DNA of 53,267 bases, the filler included, from Circinaria calcarea (Eukaryota), in the NCBI GenBank assembly GCA_051942165.1. It is 3 parts of 3 records of this genome, joined end to end, with 100 filler letters (N's around TTAATTAATTAA, not from the genome) between each part and the next. Parts side by side here need not be neighbours in the genome. Positions count along the whole stretch, not along the records: positions 17,798 to 35,483 come from JAVECS010000260.1; positions 35,584 to 53,267 come from JAVECS010000261.1; 1 more part is not named here. One strand, given 5' to 3'. A program made the translations under genes and the position numbers. Of this stretch, positions 26,219 to 36,439 are shown piece by piece (position 1 is the stretch's first letter; each line of letters begins with the position of its first letter). The notes beneath the pieces are model-generated. The model made no database searches, was not told the origin of the DNA, and was given only the letters and a program-made list of their open reading frames with translations.

Positions 26219-27120
26219 GCTGCGCGAATAAACTCAAGCTATCTGAGATTTTGTGTATATTATTGTCGTTGAAGTATGTCGGCCCAGTGAAGGTGTTGAG
26301 TCGATTGCTCGCAGGGTATCTGTAACCGTGATACTTTCACTGCGCAAGTAGACAGTGAGGCATCGAAGAAGCTTTACTAGTATACACAATGTGTATGGAC
26401 AAGAAGTGAAGAAGAAGAGCGAGTTGCGCTCTGCTCATGTGAAGGTAACCTTGAGATGGTCTCCAGGACGCGCTCAATGGGGGCCGTTAGGATATCAATG
26501 ATTCGGTTAACAGCGGCGCCATTCCGGAATGGGAGTAGCCGAGCTCTAGGCATCAGCACGGACCAAAGGGAAATCTGATATTCCATCCCACAGAGTCATA
26601 TCTACGCAATGAATGTCGTTCCATTGTGCTCGTGATTGGGAAAGAGGTCCATTCATAGGAAGGGTCACTGTCGTGAGATTTTTCAACACACCGCTTGAAT
26701 CTTGAAATGCTTGCTTCAACCTTTGAGAACTGATCCAAGTGCACAATCACTTCTCTTCTGTTAAACAACCTCCCTGACATGACTTCCCGCACTCCATGAC
26801 ATCAACCACACACGAGTTAAACTGCTACCTGAAGAACAGCTCCGGGAGGCACCGATATTGTCATACTCTTAGGCAGACACTCTTCAATAGCTGCAGCCTA
26901 AATAATCGACAAATTACCCGCATTCCCTGTATCCATCCTCATATGTACCCTCTCTATCCTTGACTTTTATCATACCATCGTAAAGTCATTCACCTCTATG
27001 CGCCATGACTCCTTGGTCACGGATCACACTACGCTCAAAGCCAACTCAGCACCTTCTATCCCGTTAAATAGGAGACTTTTTCGGAATCCTTATCCCCTCG
27101 ATGCGTACCTTGATGGATCT

Positions 27121-28064
27121 TCACCAAGGTAGCTGCAGGGGTGTCGGAAGACCCTTTCCAAGAACAGCTTCAGCAGTACCAATATCTCTGTAGTTGACAC
27201 GATTTAGGGTTTCCCTACATGGCAAGAGGTGGAAGCATCTTACCTTGGCCCTCGAGGCGCCCAATATTCTCCGGTCATACTGAGATCGAACTTGTCGATG
27301 AATTCTACAAGGGAGGCTGCAGCCTCATCGGGCGTCACCGCTATTATAGCTTAGCTATAACCTCTATATATCAGGGGGATGCTTGGCTGGTGCCAATCAA
27401 GAATTCTTACCTCCGCCGTCATCCCAGAACTTGTCAAAGCCGACACCCTTGGTCATCTCAGTTCGCATAAATCCTGGCTGATTCCGAGTCAGTCGGTCCC
27501 CCCCGATGTAATCTGTGGAGGTTTGGAACAGACATGAACTATCCCAACCGCAACCCTTTTTTCTTTCAGGTCTAAACTTAGCAACTTCCCGACCATGTTA
27601 AGAGCGGCTTTGCTCGCATGATGACCGTAGTTACCGCCTCCTTCGTTTTCATGCCTCAAGGTAATACTTCCGCTCTCAGAACTCACGAGGATAATTTTCG
27701 CCCCTTTTGCGAGAAGCTTAGATCTAACTAGATGATGTACGAGAAAAATCGGTCCGATGGAACTCGTAGTATACATTTTGACTTCATCTTCCCAACTGGG
27801 CTCGTCCAAAGTCTCCGTAGCAAAGTAGCCCGCGGTGGTGATGACGACGTCAAATGGCCCCAAGCTCTTGGATGATTCTGCCAATTTCCTACCAGCATCC
27901 GGGGACGCAACATCAATACCGGTGATCCATTTCGTCTTGTCAGACGAGGCTTCCGATTTGTCCGAGCGACTCGTACCAACCACCGTGTTTCCTTCTGCAG
28001 CGTACTTTTTCATGAGCTCATTGCCGAGTCCACGGGACGCTCCTACAATCAATACGGTGGACAT
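27121..28064 (-). CDS. Short-chain dehydrogenase/reductase, C-signal/CsgA-like, 3 introns
   Basis: Rossmann motif VLIVGASRGLG; LVSSESGSI; YGHHASKAALN. Spliced exons read PGFMRTEMTKGVGFD, AVTPDEAAASL and DIGTAEAVLGKGLPTPLQLPW* (stop at 27121). Confidence 0.88.
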
Positions 28065-28760
28065 GTTTCTCGATGGAAACCGATGTTGTTGACTGTATCA
28101 GCCCAATCAGACGAAGCTTTCTCTTCCCTTTGTCTCAAGAACACCACTTTTTCGATTCACACGGCGCCTCGGAAAACCACCTCGAAACTTGACGAATTAT
28201 TTATTTAATCCACAACCACTGGTTATAAATTAATAAAACTTCCATATATTCTCGATTATAATGTATTCTAGCAGATCTACGATTTTCAGATAGTTCCTGC
28301 CGATACGGGGTGGTGGAGTTAATAAAATTTAGAACTTCTACTGGCTGAAAAGCGAATGTGGCTTAAAATTTTAAGGAATCACGAATTACTTTCCACTCTT
28401 AAGATTGAATAGGCTAGAATCTTAATATATTATAGATTGTTTCTAGATCTAGTACGTATTGAATTTTTAATAGAAAAGGTGTAGAGGAATAATAAAACTC
28501 GTGTTTTCGAGGCCTCGTGAATTCAAAAAGTGGTGCTCGTTTTTGGAACAGTTAAATTTAAGGTTATATGTAAGTAGACCATCATACACTCTAATACCTG
28601 ATAAACACGAAAAGTCGCGTTCCCCCACATCGATAATCCAGTTGATGCACACCGAGTAACATTCCCACCACGATAGACCTTCCCAACCTCCGATCACCAG
28701 TGGTCTCCAACACCAATCCAGAACTCCGCCTTCGTCGCCCGAGTTTACACCCTTCTCTCA

Positions 28761-29520
28761 ATGGCATCCTCCTCCGCACCCCTCCGACCCTACAGCTCCG
28801 CCCTCGGCAAATTCCCCGATCGCTCAGGCGGCGCATTCGGAGCCCCAACGACGACGGCGCAGCAACGAGAAGCTCAGCGGCAAGAGCGGGAACGGGAGCG
28901 TCTGGAGAAAGAACGCCTGGATCGGGAGGGGCAGGATCCGATGAATCAATTGACCGAGGAGCAGAAGGAGGAGATTAACGAAGCCGTGGGTTTTCTTCCC
29001 TCCCGAAACCCCTCGGGGCGGACCTTTTTTTTTGGTGTGATCCAAAGGGGGGGACCTTTTGCTAATGGGGGGTGTTCATGGCGTTTAGTTCGGCCTCTTC
29101 GACCTCGACAAGGACAAAAAGATCGATTACCACGAACTCAAAGTCGCCATGCGCGCCCTCGGCTTCGACCTGCCCAAAGGCGACATCGTCGCCATCTTAC
29201 AGGCCCACGGCGTCCCGACGGAACCGTCGGCCAACTCCTCCTCCCACCCCACCCGGCTCCTCCTTCCCCTCCAGCAGTTTCAAGCGATCATGGCGCAACG
29301 CATCCTGGCGCGAGATCCGAGAGACGAGATCTTACGGGCGTTTGAACTGTTCGACGAGGGGGGCAAGGGCAAAATCGACCTGCAGGATCTGCGACGGGTG
29401 GCGAGGGAGTTGGGCGAGGGCTTGGGGGAGGAGGAGTTAGCGGCCATGATTGACGAGTTTGATCTGGACAATGACGGGGCGATCAACCGGGAGGAGTTTC
29501 TGAGCATTTGTTTGCAGTGA
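28761..29520 (+). CDS. CDC31: Centrin (spindle pole body EF-hand protein), 1 intron (~28986-29088)
   Basis: [81 protein letters not shown]. Confidence 0.95.
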
Positions 29521-30376
29521 TGGAGAGGTATGGATGGAAGGTGGTCACTTGGCGTTTATTCGGAGCGAGCATGGTCGATTGGGCGTATGGGAGGTGTGAC
29601 GGGATGGTTAGTATCAACTTTAAACAAGTGAGTATTTCCTTTTTCAAAAGCCGCCTACGTTGAAACGATCGCATACATCAACTTTGGGCAAGATGCAAGC
29701 ATTTCTACCTCCCGACGCTTCCAGCAAATAAACCTTCCCAAGGCCGGATCCCCCCCGAAAATAGCATCTAGAAATATCCCAATCCGCCAACACTTTTCCT
29801 TCCCAACCCATCCAAAATTGCCCCCTTTACCATTCCATCCCAGCACCCATCTCACTGGAAGCTATTCTATCTATACGCTACTAACCTTGACAGTGCAGCC
29901 TCATCACCAGCAAAACGGGCTCACCCCCATCTATCTAAACCTTCCAAACTCTCCCACCTTTATCGTCGATTTCCCCCGGTTCCCGGTTCCGGGCTGAAAT
30001 GGGACCAAGCGTGAAGGCAGCGCCTCCTGTATAACCATTTATGACCAATGGATGCAAAGCTCTGGTATGGAGGGATTGGAAATTCTCCCCTTTCTTGTAA
30101 GGGAAACCCCCCCCCCCACAAAAACTTTTATGATCCGTATCAGGCCCCCCCAAAGCAAGAATAGGCACACCTAGAGGAATATATTCTCCGTTGAGTCTCC
30201 AGTTTGTTAGTTCGGTAGGCGATTCCGTATACCCCCGATACATATAAAAATCAACCATTCCAGCGCATACATATATATACCCCGTACTTGCGCTAACCGA
30301 TGATATTTGGCTGATTAATGCATCGCCGCTTTGCCTCGCGCTAATAACTTTGTGAGCTATCTGCTTGCCTTTTGCT

Positions 30377-30434
30377 CCCCCATGCTCTCCCTTTATTCCC
30401 CCATGCTTTCCCTTTATTCCCCCATGCTTTCCCT
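30377..30434 (+). repeat. 21-bp tandem repeat (CCCCCATGCTYTCCCTTTATT, ~2.8 copies) in a pyrimidine-rich tract (~30365-30535)
   Basis: Units start at 30377, 30398 and 30419. Confidence 0.85.
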
Positions 30435-30553
30435 CTGGTCTCTCCTGCTCCCTTTTGCTCCCCCTAGCTGCTCCCCTACCTGCTCGCCCTCAGCCTCTTT
30501 GTGTGTTTTCTCGTTGCCCGTTTCCCCCGTTGCTACTTGATAACTTTAAACTC

Positions 30554-31990
30554 TCAGCTAAGTGGCGTCAGTGGATATGCGCCTAGCGTTGTGTGCTCTC
30601 GTTGCCGATTGTCTTCCGGAGACCTGTGTCTTGATCGGGGGTTGGATGGTTCCAATTGCCCTTCAATATTTTTGCGCTTCCGAGATGTTTGTGCCTGTCT
30701 CCACCGTTTCCCGGATCGTTTCGCATAAGCAAGCGCTATTCCTGCATCAGCGAAAACCGTGTCTCTCTGCGGATAATGTAGTCTTTGCCAATCTATGGAT
30801 CTGACAGGGGCTTTAGACTTTTTGGCCGCGTTACAGAGAGCTTCGGAGAGTGTATTGATTTGATTCTCATTAAGGCAGTCAATAGTTAAAGAGAAGCGCA
30901 GGTCAAGAAAAGCACGTGCTTCATCATGGCTGAAATCTTTTTTCCGTTCATCGAGCGTACGTTTGAGTGGTGCCCATTCAATCGAGCGGTGGTATTGGTG
31001 ATTATATCGCCAGAATCCACACGGGCGTTGACTTCTTTCGGGATGAAGATTAATTTCCTCGCAGAGCTGACTTGTTACGAACGGTATATCTCCGGACTCA
31101 CCTAATAACTTCTTTAAAGAGCTAATCAAGGCTGTGGTGAATGATCGTGGGCCTGGTCCTTCGGTCGGCTTGTTGAGTGTACTTGCACAGAGAAGCTCAT
31201 ACACTCTAGAATCATCTTGCTGTGGGGCTTTGATAATATTACTAGCGAAACAGGCATCGGCGATGAAAAGCACGTCGCCTTCTGCGTCTTCCGTCAGAGG
31301 CTTCTCAGCATTCGTCCAGCTGGCGGAAGCTTTATATATGTTATCTCTTCTAATTGGTTCTGTGCTGGACCTAAAGGAGGATTGTATTAGTTTATGGAGA
31401 CAAAGGCAAGAATAACAACCAGGTGCAACATACGCATGGAATTCATATTGCCTCGTCACCTCGTTATACCATCCATGCCCTGTATAGTATACGATTAATA
31501 GATTGTGTCGCCCATTGTACTTGTAGACAAAGTCCAAAACAGCCTTTTTTAGCTGAAGCTTAGGAGATGTAGTAATATCTATCTCGAAAATTTCCGTGGA
31601 GTAATTGAAGTTTTGGCGAAGTAGTTCGTCGAGTTCTTTCACCTGTTACAAGATAAGCTCGTCTTTACAGTTCAAGTCGTTTCAGATCGAGAGACTAACC
31701 TCGTCGGCGCTCTTCAACTCGTCCAGCTGTTCCGTCCATTTAACTATCAGTACTGCGACGTTCTGATAGCCTTGCGGAACCTCCATTGCTTTACACATGA
31801 CACTGTTCCATTGCGCCCTCATCTTCGATTGGCTTTCGTCCGTGACGCTTTTTGGAGACATTACTTGAGCTTCTTCGATGCGGCTACTAGAGCCACTCTG
31901 GAGTTCGGTATGAATTACCGCCTTGCCCTCGAAATTGACCAATCTGTCGCCAACGTGAGGCTCCATCTTCTGCGTTGTCATTACCATCAT
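30554..31990 (-). CDS. Caspase-like (clan CD/C14-like) cysteine protease, 2 introns; start at 31990 or 31966
   Basis: GYQNVAVLIVKW...LDEL...|VKELDELLRQNFNYSTE. Catalytic-His strand LLIVYYTGHG (~31470-31500) and catalytic-Cys strand VLFIADACFAS (~31245-31275). Later ELLCAS and GPRSFTTALISSL, as in caspase-fold proteins. Intron 31644-31699 (gttagt...taacag). Confidence 0.75.
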
Positions 31991-32173
31991 ATTGAATAGG
32001 AAAGACGCTCATTCGCAGAGGTTGAAAAGAGCCATAGCCTGACTTTATGGGTGGAAATACGGAATCGTTGATTGACGAATAGGTAGCTTTGCGATTGGGG
32101 GCCAGAGGCCTTTCATGCCGAGCCTCCAGTCTGATTGATCCGATGAATATTCTAGACCCAAGGTGGAGCAAGC

Positions 32174-32292
32174 TTCAGCCCAGCCTTGCATTCAGCCCAG
32201 CCTTACATTCAGCCCGGCCTTGCATTCAGCCCAGCCTTGCATTCAGCCCAGCCTTGCATTCAGCCCGGCCTTGCATTCAGCCCAGCCTTGCA
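32174..32292 (+). repeat. 17-bp minisatellite TTCAGCCCAGCCTTGCA x7
   Basis: Seven head-to-tail copies. Copies 3 and 6 carry CCCGG instead of CCCAG, and copy 2 has TTACA. No spacers. Confidence 0.95.
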
Positions 32293-32857
32293 TTCCGCCT
32301 CAATACATAGCCTCGTGAGCAGATCAGCGTAGCCAAAAGTGTGCGGTGTGTCGCTTCATTGTACCAGATATAGTTAGTGTCTAGGTGATTGACGGTCCAT
32401 TGTTGTTTGTGTATATTACTATAAGATTCCGGTTAATATGACACACAGATAAGAATGTAACCCCACTTTCCCCAAAGCGTACTCACCGCCTCCTGTATAT
32501 TATGCTGTATCACCGCACCGATGATCACTCGAGGAGCCAGTCTGCATACAGCCAATGAACTTGCCAATAAACATATTGTAAAAGCCGCCCTAAGTTGGAT
32601 TACAGCGTACGTTGCTGAGTTGCTCCATGTGTTTTTCCATAGCAGCGCATATAATAAAGGCTTCGGGCTCCAGGCAGCATTCTAGTTAAGGGTAGAAAAG
32701 TTATCATTTGTATATCTGCAGCAGATTGACGACGAAAATCTATCGTGATAGTAAACTACTTAGCATTCATACTAGAATCCATTAGTTCCTTTCATCCCTT
32801 ATCTGCACCGAATTAAATTGATTGCGCCGATTCACAAAGCTTAGTGCAAGGCAAAAT

Positions 32858-33290
32858 ATGACAGATAACTCAACAGTAAGTGAATCTGCCTCGAGCGATT
32901 AGCGTCATACAATGCAGGAGCTGAAGTGTTCAGTCGGGCAATCTTACGCCTGAACAGCAACCAGATATTCACAAATCGAAGTACGACCCACGCGGTGCAG
33001 TTCAAGAGATGGTAAAACCAGAACTAGTTAAGGATTAATTTGATCGCAGCTGACAGAGAAACACAGAGTAAAGCAGCATTCAGAAAGAAAGATAAAGTTT
33101 TGCTCGCTGTCAAAGAGAATGGAATTCAGAAAATGAAACGGATGGAGATCATATGGGCGGAGAAACGTGGGGACACTTTCGTGTATCAGGTTAAGCCTGA
33201 AAATAGCGGTAACGACACGAACTTGTATAAGGATGAGAAAGGCAATAATTGGTTCGAGGAAGACGACCTTGTCTGGGCGCCAAAGGAGTA
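32858..33290 (+). CDS. Small (~105 aa) hypothetical protein, possible SH3/Tudor-like beta-barrel; proposed introns 32876-32933 and 33012-33066
   Basis: ATG at 32858 followed by GTAAGT donor; branch sites gctgaa and gctgac precede CAG acceptors. Spliced product MTDNST|SGNLTPEQ...AVQEM|SKAAFRKKDKVLLAV...FVYQVK...NNWFEEDDLVWAPKE*. The F-xx-D-x-V ... Y-x-V ... W-x-x-E-xx-L pattern suggests an SH3-like barrel. Confidence 0.6.
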
Positions 33291-33311
33291 GCCTTACACA
33301 CCAAAGTCTTC

Positions 33312-33354
33312 TTTGCAAGGGTTCAAATGCCTAAGGCATTTGAACCCTTGCAAA
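33312..33354. repeat. Perfect inverted repeat, 21-bp arms with 1-nt spacer
   Basis: TTTGCAAGGGTTCAAATGCCT-A-AGGCATTTGAACCCTTGCAAA. Confidence 0.95.
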
Positions 33355-33455
33355 ACTATAGCACATGCAGAATTAATATATTATGATTTCTCCTTCGCTT
33401 TGATCGTAGTTCCTCTCAATACCACTTCGTTAATATCTTGACTAAATGGTATGCA

Positions 33456-34740
33456 ATGGCGGCTGTCCGATCATTTATGGAAAAAGTATCGGAGGTTACT
33501 CCAGATTCACCCAGCACTCTCGTAGCCACACATGCTTCCGACTGTGAGGCTGTAGTAGATCAGTCAGGACCGCAAAAAGGTTGTAACCCGTTTTTCCTAT
33601 CAAATCCTTATCTCGAGCTGACGACGCAACAGGAATATGGCGAAAAAGACTGGCACGACTGAGGACTAGAAGATCAACGCCTAATGACGGTCTAGAAGCT
33701 CCCCCTTCGTCCATTATAATTCGCAAATGTAAACCGCCTCGATAACCCCCAGGGAAATCTATGTCGTTACTAAACTACAGATAGTGGAGGAATGCCCGGA
33801 AGGATACCCTCGATTAGCTGCATTTCTGTCTTCGGAGCATAACTTCAGTATCTATCGTGGTTTCACCTACCTCCATGCACGAGTTCTTCTGGGCCTTCAG
33901 GACCAAATTGCAGCATTAGAAAGGGAATTAGATAAGAAAGATCAGCTGGACACGAATAACGGCTTTGGAGACCGATTATATTCAAGAGCAAGAGACGAGA
34001 TTGAGGACACGGACACAAGGTCGAGGTTGAAAATTTTAAATGATATTCGATCAAAACTTGGGGAGTACGGTATGTTTCTTTCAAAATCCTAGAATAAGTT
34101 AGTTGATCTAAGTAATTGGCAGATGATTTTCTCGTCAAAGCTAGGGATATGGTCTCCTTCCATAAGCCGTCCGGAAGGGATTATGGAAGTGTGAGCGATT
34201 GGATAGGAATAAAAAATCCCTTAGTAGCTAAAGAGCAGGCATTTATCAAGCACAAAGAGGACCTTCTCACATTGCATAGCGGGCGTGAATGGTGCGGATT
34301 CGACGGATTTATCGAGACAATTCTTCTGAAGCTCGATTGCCGTCTTATTCAGGTAGTGTCGTCGTGGAATTTTGATTGATATCTAGGCTAATGACCTGCA
34401 GAAACTATTCGTCGCCCCCGAGCTGCGTGATAAGACACTGGATAAGAATATGCATTACTATACAAGGTCGAGAGTGGATAAGCTCATCGGCCTCATTATC
34501 ACAACCATCGTCTTTGTGCTACTAATCCTTCCAGTCGTTGCCATGTATCAACTTAGGGCAATTAAACAAACCCCACAATCGACCTTCAGCGCGGTTGGAG
34601 TGTTGATAGTCTTTACACTCTTGTTCTCTGCTACGATGTCGTTCGTCACAAAGGCACAGAGGCATGAGCTCTTCGCCTCCTCGGCTGCTTATTGCGCGGT
34701 TTTAGTGGTCTTTATTAGCAACTTTGGTAACCTTTCATAG
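33456..34740 (+). CDS. DUF6594-like protein with ~3 C-terminal transmembrane helices; introns ~33580-33632, 33729-33784, 34070-34122, 34353-34401
   Basis: Family signature recalled from memory: EECPEGYPRLAAFLSSEHNFSIYRGFTYLHARVLLGLQDQIAALERELDKKD. C-terminal hydrophobic segments LIGLIITTIVFVLLILPVVAMY, AVGVLIVFTLLFSATMSF and ELFASSAAYCAVLVVFISN. Splice phases are consistent. Confidence 0.8.
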
Positions 34741-35483
34741 AGCGAAAGGGACACAGTGCATCGAGAGGAGCTCGACTGACTGAGCTTGCAAATAAAGCGG
34801 GGAAGTAAACGATTATTGTGCAGTAACAGAAGAAAGAAGAGCAAACCTGAAGAATTTAAGTAAACTAAGAGGTATGAGATCTTATGAACAAGTAAAAGGC
34901 CGGCTTTGTTGAACATGCAATAATGTGTGGTGGCATTCGTGCTATGTACGAGTGTGTAACTTCTAAGCTATCTATGCAACGAAAAAGTGTTTTTATGGTG
35001 TGTGTAGGAAGTGTTGAGCATGGACCTCCTATGTAATACGTGCCTCGGTAAGCCCTATGACTTCCAACAGGCTTTCCATAATAAGGACAGGCGTATCCCT
35101 GCGTACTTTCTCTTGCTCCCGTGCTGCTCCCTCGTGCTCTCCCCTGCTCCCTGCATGCTCCCTCCAAAGCGGCCATGCTCCCTTTCGGGAACGAAAACGG
35201 TAGTTTATGAACGCAAGTTCTGGGAATATGTTATATATATTTTTAGAAAAAAGTCCCAAAGTTCCATCTTCTGAAATTCCCCCCCCTTTTCCTTTTCCGC
35301 TTGCAGCTCCCTTTGACCCTTAGCCTGAATTTGAATTTCCTCCACCTCCCTTTTGCTCAGTAGGTAGGTAGGGCAGGCCCATCTGCAACCATCGACTACC
35401 CTACCCCTCGCTAAACATTATAGGGGGGAGGAAAAGAACTGGCAAACTATTACCCCCCGTTTGTTTCTTTTTCCCCCGAAGCC

Positions 35484-35583
35484 NNNNNNNNNNNNNNNNN
35501 NNNNNNNNNNNNNNNNNNNNNNNNNNNTTAATTAATTAANNNNNNNNNNNNNNNNNNNNNNNNNNNNNNNNNNNNNNNNNNNN
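35484..35583. other. Artificial contig-joining spacer (N44 + TTAATTAATTAA + N44)
   Basis: Identical 100-bp structure to 17698-17797. Confidence 0.97.
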
Positions 35584-36439
35584 GGAGGGGGGGTGTAGAC
35601 GAGGATGGGGGGAGAAGGGGAAGTGGGAAGTGGAAGGATAGGATGGTAATAGGGGGAAGGGGAAGGATATAGAATGGAGTTTTTTCGGTTGTGAATGAAT
35701 TCAAGGGTAGGTAGGGATGAATTGAGATGTGCACACATGAGTTGAATTGTAAGATTTTCAAGCAGAAAGTAAGGTTTCACCTGCGCCGACGTGGGCTCAG
35801 ATCTCCTAGTCGTTGCTCGTTCCACTATTCCCATTTTTTCTTTTCTTTTCTTCCGCGGGGAAGCAGTATAGATAACAGCAATGACATCCTGTGCATTACA
35901 GCGCTATCAGCAAAAATACCCATAACCCCATTTTTACCTCCCTGAAGGCAGACGAGTTCGTAAAGGAGTGCCAGCATTATACACAATGGTGATGGAATTG
36001 CTGAGTTCCATCTATTGCCCGAAGGCAGGCTTTAGGGGCCAAAGGCTTTGGTTAGCTAGCTAATTTGCTTCTTTCCTTTGCATGACAAAGACTGTGACGG
36101 CTACTGCCAGTGGATCTAGGATGTGAGTCATGTAACATCTTGATTCTAGCACATATATGAGCTGGAAGACCTAGTGCTGACCATTTCAGCCAAGTAATTG
36201 CTGGAGCCTAGGTGGATGGCTGTTAGACATTCTTGTAATCTTGCCCATCGAATTCAACACAAGGCTTTTGGGAAGTCCTCACTAGATCAAATCGGACCTT
36301 TTTGATCGAAGAAGGTTTGTAAGATCTGGTAAAGTGAAAAGTAGAGAAGACCGGTGAGGTATCTCATCACTCATATCGCCTGTTCTGGCCAGTAACATCT
36401 CCCAGTCGACAGCCATTACGTTCGACCGGATCTACCGCC

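Noticed and set aside
26377..27005. Possible small spliced gene between NUP98 and the SDR
   Set aside because: I could not build a stop-free spliced model or recognise any motif.
29935..30258. 107-aa minus-strand ORF before the protease module
   Set aside because: It runs through homopolymer tracts and has no recognisable family; possibly a repeat relic.
32174..32292. CRISPR-like array
   Set aside because: Repeats are head-to-tail with no unique spacers, there are no cas genes, and the context is eukaryotic.
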